A stretch of 64,000 nt of DNA, taken from positions 187,439 to 251,438 of the forward strand of contig JBMNIW010000012.1 in assembly GCA_050951325.1 (NCBI GenBank). Reading direction: 5' to 3'. This document shows positions 8,709 to 18,515 of this stretch, in pieces; position 1 is the stretch's first letter, and the number at the start of each line of letters is the position of its first letter. Below the pieces are notes generated by a model that saw only the letters and a list, made by a program, of their open reading frames with translations, searched no databases and was not told the DNA's origin. A program made the translations under genes and the position numbers. The DNA is from Clostridia bacterium. GTDB taxonomy: Bacteria; Bacillota; Clostridia; UBA1212; DUPL01.

Positions 8709-11260
8709 TTAATGCGGGACTATGTTTTCTGTACCTAACATTACAGCTTTAAACCTGACAAAATCCGTCATTGTTATATTTCCATCTCCATTTAAATCAG
8801 CTGCTTCGCGGAATGGTCCTGTAAGCTCCATTGTTCCAAGCATAAAGCTCTTCATGTTGACGAAATCCGTTATAGATGATGCACCATCGCCATTGATATC
8901 TCCGGTTACAACGACGGTGTATGAATTGACAACATTATTACCATTCATGATTTTAACTTGCATGCCTGTTCCAAGTATAGTACCAGATGTTACTTCATTG
9001 TTTCCTTTAAAAACTTTGATATGTTCACTTTCATTTATATTCTGCAGAAAATCATTAACTGTGACCCCAGCTGTAATTTTACTGATATATCCATCTGAGA
9101 TACTATACTCATCTGATGTAACATCTTCAGGAACACACGCATTGACCTGCACATTTATGCTTGTGGACTTTCCTTCGTATTGTATGGTAACCGTTTTACT
9201 GCCAGGGGTCGAAAGATCACAACTTATCGTTAACCCTGTCTGAATCACTTTACTTGTACCATTATTATAGTACGCTGTTACAACCATACCTGTAGGGTCA
9301 AATTCATCACCTTCAGAATACACAAGCTTATTAGGATTTGTTGTCACAGTTATTGAGGATAAAGACTTTGCAATAACTTCTACTTCATAAGTGGTAATTT
9401 TACCATTATAGGTTACAGTCAAAGTTTGCTTGCCTACCTTTGTGTTATCAAAGCCTGTTACCATACCGGAAGTCATGCCTATCTCGTAGCTGATGTCGTC
9501 TATGTAATACAATCTGATCTTACCACCTGTAACATCAAAAGTATCCTTTCCTTCTAGATATGTAAGCTTAGTTGGCTTTGTTATAACAGAAATAGACATA
9601 AGCTGTGAAGGATCAAGCACTGGTATAACTCTGGCTTCTTTATGAGAAGGATTATGTTTGCAGCTTCTGGTTTCTTCTCCCGGTTCGTACTCGGTAGGAA
9701 CCTTTGTACGTACCCATTCACCCCAATTGTGTGCGGCATCATCAACTGGGATAACTTTTCTTTCTCTGCCTAATTCTTCTCCGCAGACTGAGCAATAAAT
9801 CACTTCATCATAATAACCTTCGGTAGCGCATGTAGAAGCGACTTCATTCTCCCTGACTGATTCAGAAGGAATATGACCTGTAGCAGGCACTGCTTCTTCA
9901 TAAATATGACTGTCATCATTCTGACAAGTATATGTTTGTATTCCATCTTCCGTACAAGTCGCGGGTGTTGTTATTTCACCTTCATCCCAATCGTGTCCGG
10001 TCGCTAAAACAACCTTATGTTCTCTGCTTATTTCCTCTCCGCATACTAGGCAGTAAACAACTTCATCATAGCCACCAGCAAAATCACAACTTGCAATAAT
10101 TTCATTTTCCTTAATCGGAGCACCAGATGTATGTGCAATAGTTTCTATTTCCGAGCCAGCAGTTATTACTTCCCCGCAACTGTCACAAAAGACATCCCCA
10201 GTATATCCCGGATTACTACAAGAAGGATCTTCCTGATATTCCAGATGCGAATCTCCTACATGATTATCATAATCCACTGTTCCGTATATAAAAGTCATAT
10301 CACTTTGAGCAGCACACACCGCACAGCTTCTATAGTAAACAGCAGGACTTACACATGTAGCAGCGGACTTTAAATATTGCGGCTTTGGATCCTCAATAAG
10401 CTCATGTTCTGCAAATGGAAGAAGCATGTCTGATCCATTTATTATCTCACCGCATTCCTCACAAACCGTGTATGAACCATGACCCTGTGTGATACAAGTA
10501 GATCTTACAGCTGGAATATCGTTAACTATTAGGTGAGAGCAAAGGATGTGTAACGTGCAGGTTGCCTCAAATCCTCCATCTTCACTTACAGCGGTAATTA
10601 CTACCTCTCCTTTTTTAAGGAGTGACACAATACCATTGTCTACCATAGCAATGGTATCATCACTGCTTCTCCATGACACATTTTTATTAGTAGCATTTGG
10701 TGGTGTGAAAACTGGGCAAAGGGCAAAAGTCCTATCGCCCTTTTCAACCGTCACGTTAGATTCATTAAAAGATAGCCCTGTCACAGGAATTGAACTTGTT
10801 ATGCTAACATCAGAAGATGCATTTGCAAAAACTACTTTTTTTCCTGTGAAATCCCGTGCTTCTTCATGTCTTACAGTAACAGAAGCTACTCCTGTTGATA
10901 ATGCCCTGAATTTAAGAGTGGCTATTCTTCCATTGACATAATTATTGCTTATCGCCAGACTATCCGCCCATCGCAAAGTATATGGCGAAGTAATGTTTGG
11001 AGAAGGTGTAGTATATCCTCTCAAAAGTCCGTTGTCTGTTATTTCTAACAGCTGTAGTTTTTCTTTATCATATTCAACACTGAACCGCAAAGAGATTATA
11101 CCCAGATTGTCTGTTATCATAATATCCATGCTGAAAACATCGTCAACATGCACATTTTTATGTTCCAGAATATATTGTGGCATTTCTTCTGCATAACTAA
11201 CTGTCGTAACAGAGGTAAAAACAAGAACACAACTCAAAAGCAAAGATAAAATACGTTTTC
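8709..11260 (-). CDS. Large secreted modular protein: signal peptide - cohesin-like module - Big_2 - Cys-rich CxxC repeat region - two Ig-like (Big_3-like) modules - C-terminal dockerin
   Basis: Likely true start MMGKRILSLL at 11260 with GGAGG RBS (ORF track starts 11288); dockerin 'DINGDGASSITDFVNMKSFMLG...DLNGDGNITMTDFVRFKAVMLG'; Big_2 'VTGLSFNESNVTVEKGDRTFAL...'. Confidence 0.8.
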
Positions 11261-11280
11261 CCATCATTAACCTCCTACTC

Positions 11281-14200
11281 TCAGGCAATGCTTACATCCC
11301 AACCGGCAAGATACCGTTCGAATATGATTGCATCCCAGTCGGAAATTTCACCATCATGATCAATATCCATAGCATCTAAGTTAATTTCAACATCCCATCC
11401 TGCAAGGTAACGCTCGAATAGGATTGCATCCCAATCGGAGAGCTCACCATCACCATCTGCATCTCCGGTGATATAATCGACTACTTCGATATATGACGTT
11501 GCAGAAGAAAACTCGATACTCTGACCCATGAAATTTCTCGACTCAACTGGTGTGACTGATACTTCATATAGTCCTTCAGATATTCCTTCTTTGATCTTAA
11601 AAGTTAATTTTACAATATTACCGTTCTGTAAATTATTCTGCGTTGCCAGTGCATCTGTCCATCGTAATATATACGGAGAGCTGATATTTGGAGCAGGATT
11701 GGTAAAACCATTTAACAATCCGGTGTTTTCTATAGAAATAAGTTCTAATGCATCCATGTCATAAGATATATAGTTTCTTAATGAGATGATACCCGGATTA
11801 TTTTCAACTGCAATATATATCTCAACTGTGTCTCCGGCAAATCCTTTAGCACTTAGAATCGAATATTTAGGAGCCGCAGCATCGTATTCTATAACAGTAA
11901 CAAGAACCATTCCGATAAACTCACCGTCAACGGTAGTTGCGGTTACTGTCACATTTCCTTTTGCAACTGCCGTTATATTTCCGTTTGCGTCAACGATCGC
12001 TATATCTTCATTCTCAGAAGCCCAAACAACAGTTTTATCAGTCGTGTCTGCAGGATATACGGTTGCTTTAGCTTTTTTACTTTCCCCTACATACAGTTCT
12101 ATTGAACCAGTGTCCAGATATATACCTTCAGCATGAATAGTTTTTTCTATAACATGAACTGTCACAACTGCTGAATAACCTCCGTCATCAGTGTATACTG
12201 TGATGATTGCCGTTCCGGGTTCAAAGGCTTCTATAACACCGTCTTTTACTGTTGCCACGTTCGGGTTATCCGTAGTCCAGTATACGTTTTTATTTGTTGC
12301 GTTAGATGGAGTAACGGTTACAATTATTGTCTTTCTTTCTCCTGATTTCATTTCAATAAGGGAAGGATTAACAGATACACCTGTTACAGGACGGGCTGTT
12401 TCTGTAACGGTAATTGGCAGTGTTGCAATTCTACCACGATAGTTGATCTCAACACTGCTGTCTGAAACAGAAAGTGCTCTTGTCGGAGATACACTGTATC
12501 CAGTTACATATTTTTCTGCACCTGATGTATAGATTGCTTTAACTTCCATTCCCGTTTCGTCAAAATAGTCACCGGATGTATATCTTGTTTTGCTAGGCGC
12601 GGTAGTTATTTCAATACTTTCAACAGATCCAAAAACAACATCTTCTATGATAAGATCACTTAGCTTCCAGAGCTCACTTGCAAAGTTTCCGTCTATATTT
12701 GCAAGTATACCACCTGTTCCGTCTGTCAGATTTCTGTAAACATTATAGTATGTGGTCTTTGTTACCACAGAGGTAATGGTTTCGTTTGCTTTCAGTTCGT
12801 TTATCATTGCTGACATACTTGAAATGCCATACTGATTGTTGATCTTGTAATCCGCATCTGTAACCACTATATAGAATGATTGAGCATCCGCACGTGTCTC
12901 TAAAAGTGTTGCGGTCTTAAGAGCATCGATAACTGTTTCTTCCCTGTCTCCACCACCACTTACTATGAGTCTGGAAATTGCGTCCTTATAAGCATCGACA
13001 TCAATATACCAGTCCGATGAACCACAATAAATGATTCTTGTGGAATCAAGACCATCACAGGTTATATCCCTGTACTCTATCAAAGCCCACCTTACTGAAA
13101 CACCTTCCCTTTCCAGCATATCTGCAAAGGATTTGATGTTGTTCTTAACATTATTTATTTCATCCCCCATAGATCCTGTAGTATCGATAAGGAATACAAT
13201 ATCTGCAGTTCCATACATGGTTTCGGAAAGTTCAAAAGAAATTTCAACATCGTTTACAACACCACTGGCTAAAGTATATCCGGTTTCTAGTGTTATTGTT
13301 CCGTGGATCGTGTGCTTTCCGGCAACAGAACTGTCATATGAGTATTCATCCCATACAACCGGCAGATAAAATGTCTTTCCGCTGTTTGTAATAACTGCTG
13401 CAGTCGAAGGTACGCCGAGTCCTTCAAATGATGTACCTATTGGCAGTTTGCCGAGGTTCATCGCAGGAATGCTTACAATTATGTTCTTTGTTACTGTCAA
13501 AGTGGCAGTAGTCTTTGCCTCACAGCTGAACTTATAACCATATGCAGCTATTACTGTTCCGTTTATCGTCTGTTCTCCAAAAGTTGCTGCATTGTAATCC
13601 GAAGAGTTCCAGAACACCTTTAACTGGACTGTTTTACCAGATGCGGTAACGGCATTTACTGTTTCAGGTAGCATCAGAGAAGAATAAGGTGTGTTATAGT
13701 CAATATTCCCTAGAGAAACCGTTCTGATCGAAGTAATGATCTCTGCTTCAACCTCTTTATATGTAACTGTAATGTTAAGGCTCTGTATCGCAGTTCCTGA
13801 AACAACTAATCTGTCAGCAGTATAATTCTTTATAACAGGAGAAGTAATACTGTATTTTTCGCCTTCCATAAGTGTTATTACAACACTTGGCTGCGCTGTA
13901 CCTCCACCAGAATAGACATAATTGACAGTGATGGTGTATTGATGAATGTGACAACGTGTACATTCGCCATCTACAAAGTCATGACCTAGTGCCGGAATTC
14001 CTTCTATAAATAAAACAGCCTTACAGTCATCACATACATATCTTTGAATTCCACTGTTAATACAATCCGGCTCTATATCAACAACATATGAGCAATTAGT
14101 GTGATAACATATATCACCCTTCCAAATAGCATACAGAGTAATGTCATTATCACCTATTTCAAATGATTTTTCCCCGGTATATGTGTATTCAGGAATTGAT

Positions 14201-15189
14201 GCAAAAGGATCTACTGACCATCCTAGGAAGATGTAACCATCACGGCTCGGAATATCATCAAACAATACATTTACGACATCCCCATTAGAATAACGTTTTG
14301 TATCAATAGGATGAATGCTTGACCCACCATTGCTGTCATAATTTACAGTCCTCCATAAATAACCGGCAGATACTAAGTATGTTGCAATTACATTGTTATC
14401 AGCATCTTTTATTATAATTGTAATAATGTAAACGCCTGGCTGAGCATCTGACTGCAAATAAAAGAACGCTGTATTTTTCATTAACGAAGTTCCTAAGGTT
14501 ATGCTATCCGATGTCATTCCGCCTTTGTTAAATCCATCGATTATAGCGGAATATTCAATACTTATAGTCATTTCTTCGGATGCTCTTAAATTAAGATCAA
14601 CTGTAACCATCCCGTTTTTATCAATAGAAGCACTTTGAGAATGTTCAACTATAACAGGAGTAACTACAGTGCTTCCTCCGCTAACATTCAACTGTAAGGA
14701 TACATTGCGTGTCCATGAATTCCAGCCGATCACTGATTCATATAATTCAAAGTGGTAAGTATGTCCGTTTATGAAGTATGTTCTGTCGACTGTTAGCGTA
14801 GTAGTGGTCCACGTATCGTTTCGTCCGGAAAGATAATTTTCGAGTAGTATTTCTGTACCATCCGTTTCATCTACCAGATATATCAGACTTCGTTCTCCAC
14901 TTTCTTCATCAATGTCATATGCATATATATTTAACAAGGCATTTTCTTTAACTGTTCCATTGATGGTGATCGATCTTCCAAGCCTGATCCTTTCATTGGC
15001 AGTACCGGAATTAGCAACTAAATCATACCCTCCATTCAGTAAACTCTTGTCATCATAATTTGAATAGGGACTGAAGGATTTTACATCTGCCCCACTACGC
15101 ATACCGTTGTTAAACAAAGAATAATTATTTTCACCATTTACAGTAACAATAGGCTCTTTCTCCTCGGGTGGGAATGAATCAAGATGCAC
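11281..15189 (-). CDS. Giant modular surface protein (1302 aa): Listeria-Bacteroides repeat (Flg_new) - Cys-rich module - Ig-like modules - vWA domain (MIDAS DTTGS) - two Big_2 - cohesin-like module - dockerin; GTG start, no RBS, no signal peptide
   Basis: 'VFLIDTTGSMGDEINNVKNN' vWA; 'NYDSNGGSSIHP...DGYIFLGWSVDP...LYAIW' Flg_new; dockerin 'DADGDGELSDWDAILFERYLAGW' x2; cohesin-like 'GDTVEIYIAVENNPGIISLRNYISYDMDALELIS'. Confidence 0.75.
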   Translation of the reverse strand: MHLDSFPPEEKEPIVTVNGENNYSLFNNGMRSGADVKSFSPYSNYDDKSLLNGGYDLVANSGTANERIRLGRSITINGTVKENALLNIYAYDIDEESGERSLIYLVDETDGTEILLENYLSGRNDTWTTTTLTVDRTYFINGHTYHFELYESVIGWNSWTRNVSLQLNVSGGSTVVTPVIVEHSQSASIDKNGMVTVDLNLRASEEMTISIEYSAIIDGFNKGGMTSDSITLGTSLMKNTAFFYLQSDAQPGVYIITIIIKDADNNVIATYLVSAGYLWRTVNYDSNGGSSIHPIDTKRYSNGDVVNVLFDDIPSRDGYIFLGWSVDPFASIPEYTYTGEKSFEIGDNDITLYAIWKGDICYHTNCSYVVDIEPDCINSGIQRYVCDDCKAVLFIEGIPALGHDFVDGECTRCHIHQYTITVNYVYSGGGTAQPSVVITLMEGEKYSITSPVIKNYTADRLVVSGTAIQSLNITVTYKEVEAEIITSIRTVSLGNIDYNTPYSSLMLPETVNAVTASGKTVQLKVFWNSSDYNAATFGEQTINGTVIAAYGYKFSCEAKTTATLTVTKNIIVSIPAMNLGKLPIGTSFEGLGVPSTAAVITNSGKTFYLPVVWDEYSYDSSVAGKHTIHGTITLETGYTLASGVVNDVEISFELSETMYGTADIVFLIDTTGSMGDEINNVKNNIKSFADMLEREGVSVRWALIEYRDITCDGLDSTRIIYCGSSDWYIDVDAYKDAISRLIVSGGGDREETVIDALKTATLLETRADAQSFYIVVTDADYKINNQYGISSMSAMINELKANETITSVVTKTTYYNVYRNLTDGTGGILANIDGNFASELWKLSDLIIEDVVFGSVESIEITTAPSKTRYTSGDYFDETGMEVKAIYTSGAEKYVTGYSVSPTRALSVSDSSVEINYRGRIATLPITVTETARPVTGVSVNPSLIEMKSGERKTIIVTVTPSNATNKNVYWTTDNPNVATVKDGVIEAFEPGTAIITVYTDDGGYSAVVTVHVIEKTIHAEGIYLDTGSIELYVGESKKAKATVYPADTTDKTVVWASENEDIAIVDANGNITAVAKGNVTVTATTVDGEFIGMVLVTVIEYDAAAPKYSILSAKGFAGDTVEIYIAVENNPGIISLRNYISYDMDALELISIENTGLLNGFTNPAPNISSPYILRWTDALATQNNLQNGNIVKLTFKIKEGISEGLYEVSVTPVESRNFMGQSIEFSSATSYIEVVDYITGDADGDGELSDWDAILFERYLAGWDVEINLDAMDIDHDGEISDWDAIIFERYLAGWDVSIA

Positions 15190-15232
15190 ATCAAAAGTAC
15201 AATCGTTATAAATGTATTATTTGAAATAATAT

Positions 15233-17395
15233 TCATTTCCCCCCATAAAAACCATACATACAAAAAGCATTGTAATCTCCACCACTCCAAAAATCCATAT
15301 TAATTACATTCGTGTCACTGTCTAATACATCTGTTTGCACCTGTGTAGGTGACGATTTATTAGTTGTATAGAATACATAATTTCCCGTTTTTTCAGGAAC
15401 GAACTTAATCCAAATCTCCTGATTAACCGATGCTGATTTACTTATTGAATCACCGGGTTTAATGACATCAGGTATATATTTTTCTAAGTGTATATTATAA
15501 GAACCTGTTTCTGATGAAGCGCAATAAGCATCCAAATAATATGTCTCTCCGGCTGTAAGCTTATATACAAAGTCAGAACCATTTTTATATAAAGACCAGG
15601 AAGTATCGCATAAATAAACAATCGGCCATCCTCCGGACCTATCCGTTGTATACACATGGTATAGCCCGGTTTCATCAGGAATAAATTTATAATATTTATG
15701 TTCATCCGGATAAGCAATATTTACAATGTCAAAATCTCCTAGTGACAATTCTGTAGCATTCAGCTTCTCCAGGTGTATTGTGTAAGATCCTGTATCAAAA
15801 AGACAATATGTATCAAAATAATATGTTGTCCCGGAAGACAATGATTTTACAATATCTAACCCGTAATAAGCTTCATCGTACCAATTCCACGATTCTGTGT
15901 GAACTTTTAAATACGGAGTGATTCCGGTTTTATCGGTTGTGTATATACGGTATAGCCCTGTTTCATCAGGTGTAAATTTATAGTATTTATGTTCTCCATC
16001 TGAATTTATATTTACACGATCAGAATCTCCCATGGATAGTTCGATTGCATTCAACTTTTCCAAATGTATCGTAAATGCTCCTGTTCCTGAAGAACAATAT
16101 GTATCCAAATAGTATGTCGTTCCAGGTGTCATATTAGAAACAAAGTCAGAACCGTTTGTGTAAGAACTCCATGATGAATCATACAAAAAAATACTTGGAG
16201 GGTTCCCGATTTTATCTGTTGTAAACACACGGTACAGACCGCCTATGTCTGGTGTAAACGCAAAGTATTTGTGCTCTCCTGCGGTAGTTATACTTATACG
16301 TTCTGAATCCCCTGCTGATATTTCGGTCACCTTCAGCTTCCCTATATGTATTGTAAAAGATCCTGTTCTTAACCAATCACAGGATACATCCAAATAATAT
16401 GTCGTTCCGGATGTAAGATTATAAACTATTTCAGTACCATTTGTAAAATAGCCCCAGGAATAATCACGTAGATATATAAATGGAGAACTTCCAATAATAT
16501 CTGTTGTATAGACATGGTACAATCCGGATTCATCAGGTGTAAATGAGTAATATTTATGTTCCCCTGCAGATGATATAATTACGCTTTCAGAGTCACCTAC
16601 GGATATTTCGGTCGTGGTCAGCTTCTCCAAATGTATTGTATAAGATCCTGTTCCTGATAAGCAAGTTGCATCCAAATAATATGTTACTCCAGCTGCAAGT
16701 TTATAAGCAAAATCCATACCACTTAAATACGGGAACCATGATGAATCTCGCAAGTAAATATCCGGGGAACTTCCTGATTTATCCGTAGTATAAACACGAT
16801 ACAGTCCGGACTCATCAAGGGTAAAAGTAAAATATTTATGTTCATCAACAGAAGCTATATTTACTCTAGCAGAACCATTCACACTTATTGGAGTAGATTT
16901 TATTGCATTTTCAACTGTAAAACTGTAATTGCCCGTTCCAGCTCCACTATACATTACCTGGAAATAATATGTTTTTCCACCTTCCAAAGCATATTCAAAA
17001 TCAAACCCCGTCTTTGAAACTAGCATTTGCCACATGTCATCATAGATCTTAATATGCGGGATATTATCATTAACATAGCTACTTTTTATATGATACATCC
17101 CGGATATTTCCGGAGTATAAGAAAAAAACTGGCTATCGTTTTCTTTTGCTATGGATACAGGTATATCATCTCCTGAGCTAACAGATACAGGGGATACAGT
17201 ATCAATATGAAAGTTAAAACCATTTGGATAATTGAGAAAACTAAAAAGGTATGTTCCCTCGGAATTTAAATAAAGTATTATATCCTTTTCTATGAAGTCA
17301 TAAGAATTAATAAGATGAAGTGCCGAATCATGTAATATAAATTTGTGTGTATCGGTATTATTTGAGAACAAAACCCTATATGCACCCAATGTCAT
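15233..17395 (-). CDS. Repeat protein with ~8 tandem PPC-like (bacterial pre-peptidase C-terminal domain-like) modules of ~95 aa; no signal peptide
   Basis: Repeating unit '...GDSxxVxIxxxGEHKYYxFTPDESGLYxVYTTDxxGxxPxIYLxDSSW...LTAGTTYYLDxxCxSGTGSYTIHLEKL' seen 8 times. Confidence 0.65.
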   Translation of the reverse strand: MTLGAYRVLFSNNTDTHKFILHDSALHLINSYDFIEKDIILYLNSEGTYLFSFLNYPNGFNFHIDTVSPVSVSSGDDIPVSIAKENDSQFFSYTPEISGMYHIKSSYVNDNIPHIKIYDDMWQMLVSKTGFDFEYALEGGKTYYFQVMYSGAGTGNYSFTVENAIKSTPISVNGSARVNIASVDEHKYFTFTLDESGLYRVYTTDKSGSSPDIYLRDSSWFPYLSGMDFAYKLAAGVTYYLDATCLSGTGSYTIHLEKLTTTEISVGDSESVIISSAGEHKYYSFTPDESGLYHVYTTDIIGSSPFIYLRDYSWGYFTNGTEIVYNLTSGTTYYLDVSCDWLRTGSFTIHIGKLKVTEISAGDSERISITTAGEHKYFAFTPDIGGLYRVFTTDKIGNPPSIFLYDSSWSSYTNGSDFVSNMTPGTTYYLDTYCSSGTGAFTIHLEKLNAIELSMGDSDRVNINSDGEHKYYKFTPDETGLYRIYTTDKTGITPYLKVHTESWNWYDEAYYGLDIVKSLSSGTTYYFDTYCLFDTGSYTIHLEKLNATELSLGDFDIVNIAYPDEHKYYKFIPDETGLYHVYTTDRSGGWPIVYLCDTSWSLYKNGSDFVYKLTAGETYYLDAYCASSETGSYNIHLEKYIPDVIKPGDSISKSASVNQEIWIKFVPEKTGNYVFYTTNKSSPTQVQTDVLDSDTNVINMDFWSGGDYNAFCMYGFYGGK
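15480..17110. repeat. DNA-level tandem array (~285-bp period, ~8 copies, high similarity) encoding the PPC-like modules
   Basis: Protein repeats nearly identical over long stretches implies nucleotide-level tandem repeats; boundaries approximate. Confidence 0.6.
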
Positions 17396-17423
17396 TAACT
17401 TAAGAAACTCGTTTTAAAGAACC

Positions 17424-17455
17424 CTAACTTATTCGGTTAGGGTCTTTTTATCACA
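17424..17455 (+). terminator. Stem-loop ACCCTAAC-ttattcg-GTTAGGGT followed by CTTTTTAT
   Basis: 8-bp perfect stem + T-tract on plus strand, immediately upstream (5') of the minus-strand repeat-protein gene; no plus-strand gene upstream. Confidence 0.35.
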
Positions 17456-17560
17456 TTTTCGGTTTTACATTTTAAAACAAATATGATAAAATAATACAGA
17501 GTTGTTAAATTTTAAATATTATTTAATACTCTCGATTTTGCTAGAAATGGGGAGTATAAG

Positions 17561-17698
17561 ATGTTAAAATTATTATCTAAGATTAGATTAGAAAAAGACC
17601 TGGAGTATGCGCAGAAAGAAGAGTTCAAAAAAACATATAGGCAAAAAAGCACTGACTTCACAAGAAAAAGGAAGTTAACTATGGAATCGCTTTAAATT
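17561..17698 (+). pseudogene. Remnant N-terminus (45 aa) of an IS4-family-like DDE transposase
   Basis: Short ORF with good RBS (GGGGAG) 'MLKLLSKIRLEKDLEYAQKEEFKKTYRQKSTDFTRKRKLT' resembles conserved N-terminal segment (…STDFTRNRKL…) of IS4-type transposases; truncated after 45 codons. Confidence 0.4.
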
Positions 17699-18022
17699 TA
17701 TCTTACCAAAATCCTTACCGGTGCTATGTTGAAAGATTACCACTTTATGTGCTATAATCAAAAAAACATGCTATGGTTACCTTACCAATAGATTAAAATT
17801 AAAGAAAGGAAAACCTTGAAGGATACAAAAAGACGTCCATCTTTTCCTTCAAGGCTCCACAACAATATGATAATAACACTTGTTGACATAGAATTCAAGC
17901 CCTCTTTTTCAGATAATACATATTTTTTCGAAGTGGATTCATCAAAGTCAGTATTGAATCCGATTAAAAAGTCTAAAACATGCAGAGAGTACTGAATTAC
18001 TCTCAACTACAAAGAGATAACG

Positions 18023-18454
18023 GTGTGTTGCCCTGTATTTAAAGATGTAAACAAGAATAGCATTGTATACATCCCTTCGTACATTCTTCCACATCGTGGT
18101 TATCCTGTGAGTGTATACCTTTATGCAATTGCACTCTATCTTTCTAGTAAACTAAGTATGCGGGCTACTGCTGCTGAGGTAAAAAGAAAGTTTGGACTTG
18201 GAACCTTTTCACATTCAACTATATCAAGAACATTAAGTAGAATTTCAGAGAATATACATCACATAACAGTAGTACATAATGCAGACTTTACACACCCCAC
18301 GCTCAGAACTGATCGTGCATGGGAGGAAATCACTAGAGCTAAATATCTAAAAGTTTTGATATTTCTTAATACACTTTTAAATGAAAACGAATTTACCAAC
18401 GGTAGTAAAGTTAATTATGATTATTTCAGAAGGACAAAAAGATTTATAATTTAG
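18023..18454 (+). CDS. Hypothetical 143-aa protein with HTH-like segment (…KFGLGTFSHSTISRTLSRISE…), possible IS-associated/transposase N-terminal fragment
   Basis: ORF only; no confident family assignment. Confidence 0.3.
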   Translation: MCCPVFKDVNKNSIVYIPSYILPHRGYPVSVYLYAIALYLSSKLSMRATAAEVKRKFGLGTFSHSTISRTLSRISENIHHITVVHNADFTHPTLRTDRAWEEITRAKYLKVLIFLNTLLNENEFTNGSKVNYDYFRRTKRFII

Positions 18455-18515
18455 AGACAAAATCCAAAAAGCATGTGTTGCTGCACCAAGAATGTAGTTA
18501 AGATAGATTCAGGAG

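Noticed and set aside
15190-15235. Simple single-frameshift fusion of the 720-aa and 1302-aa ORFs
   Set aside because: Stop codons at 15233-35 (frame A) and 15217-19 (frame B) mean at least two indels would be needed. This is reported as an anomaly rather than called a fused gene.
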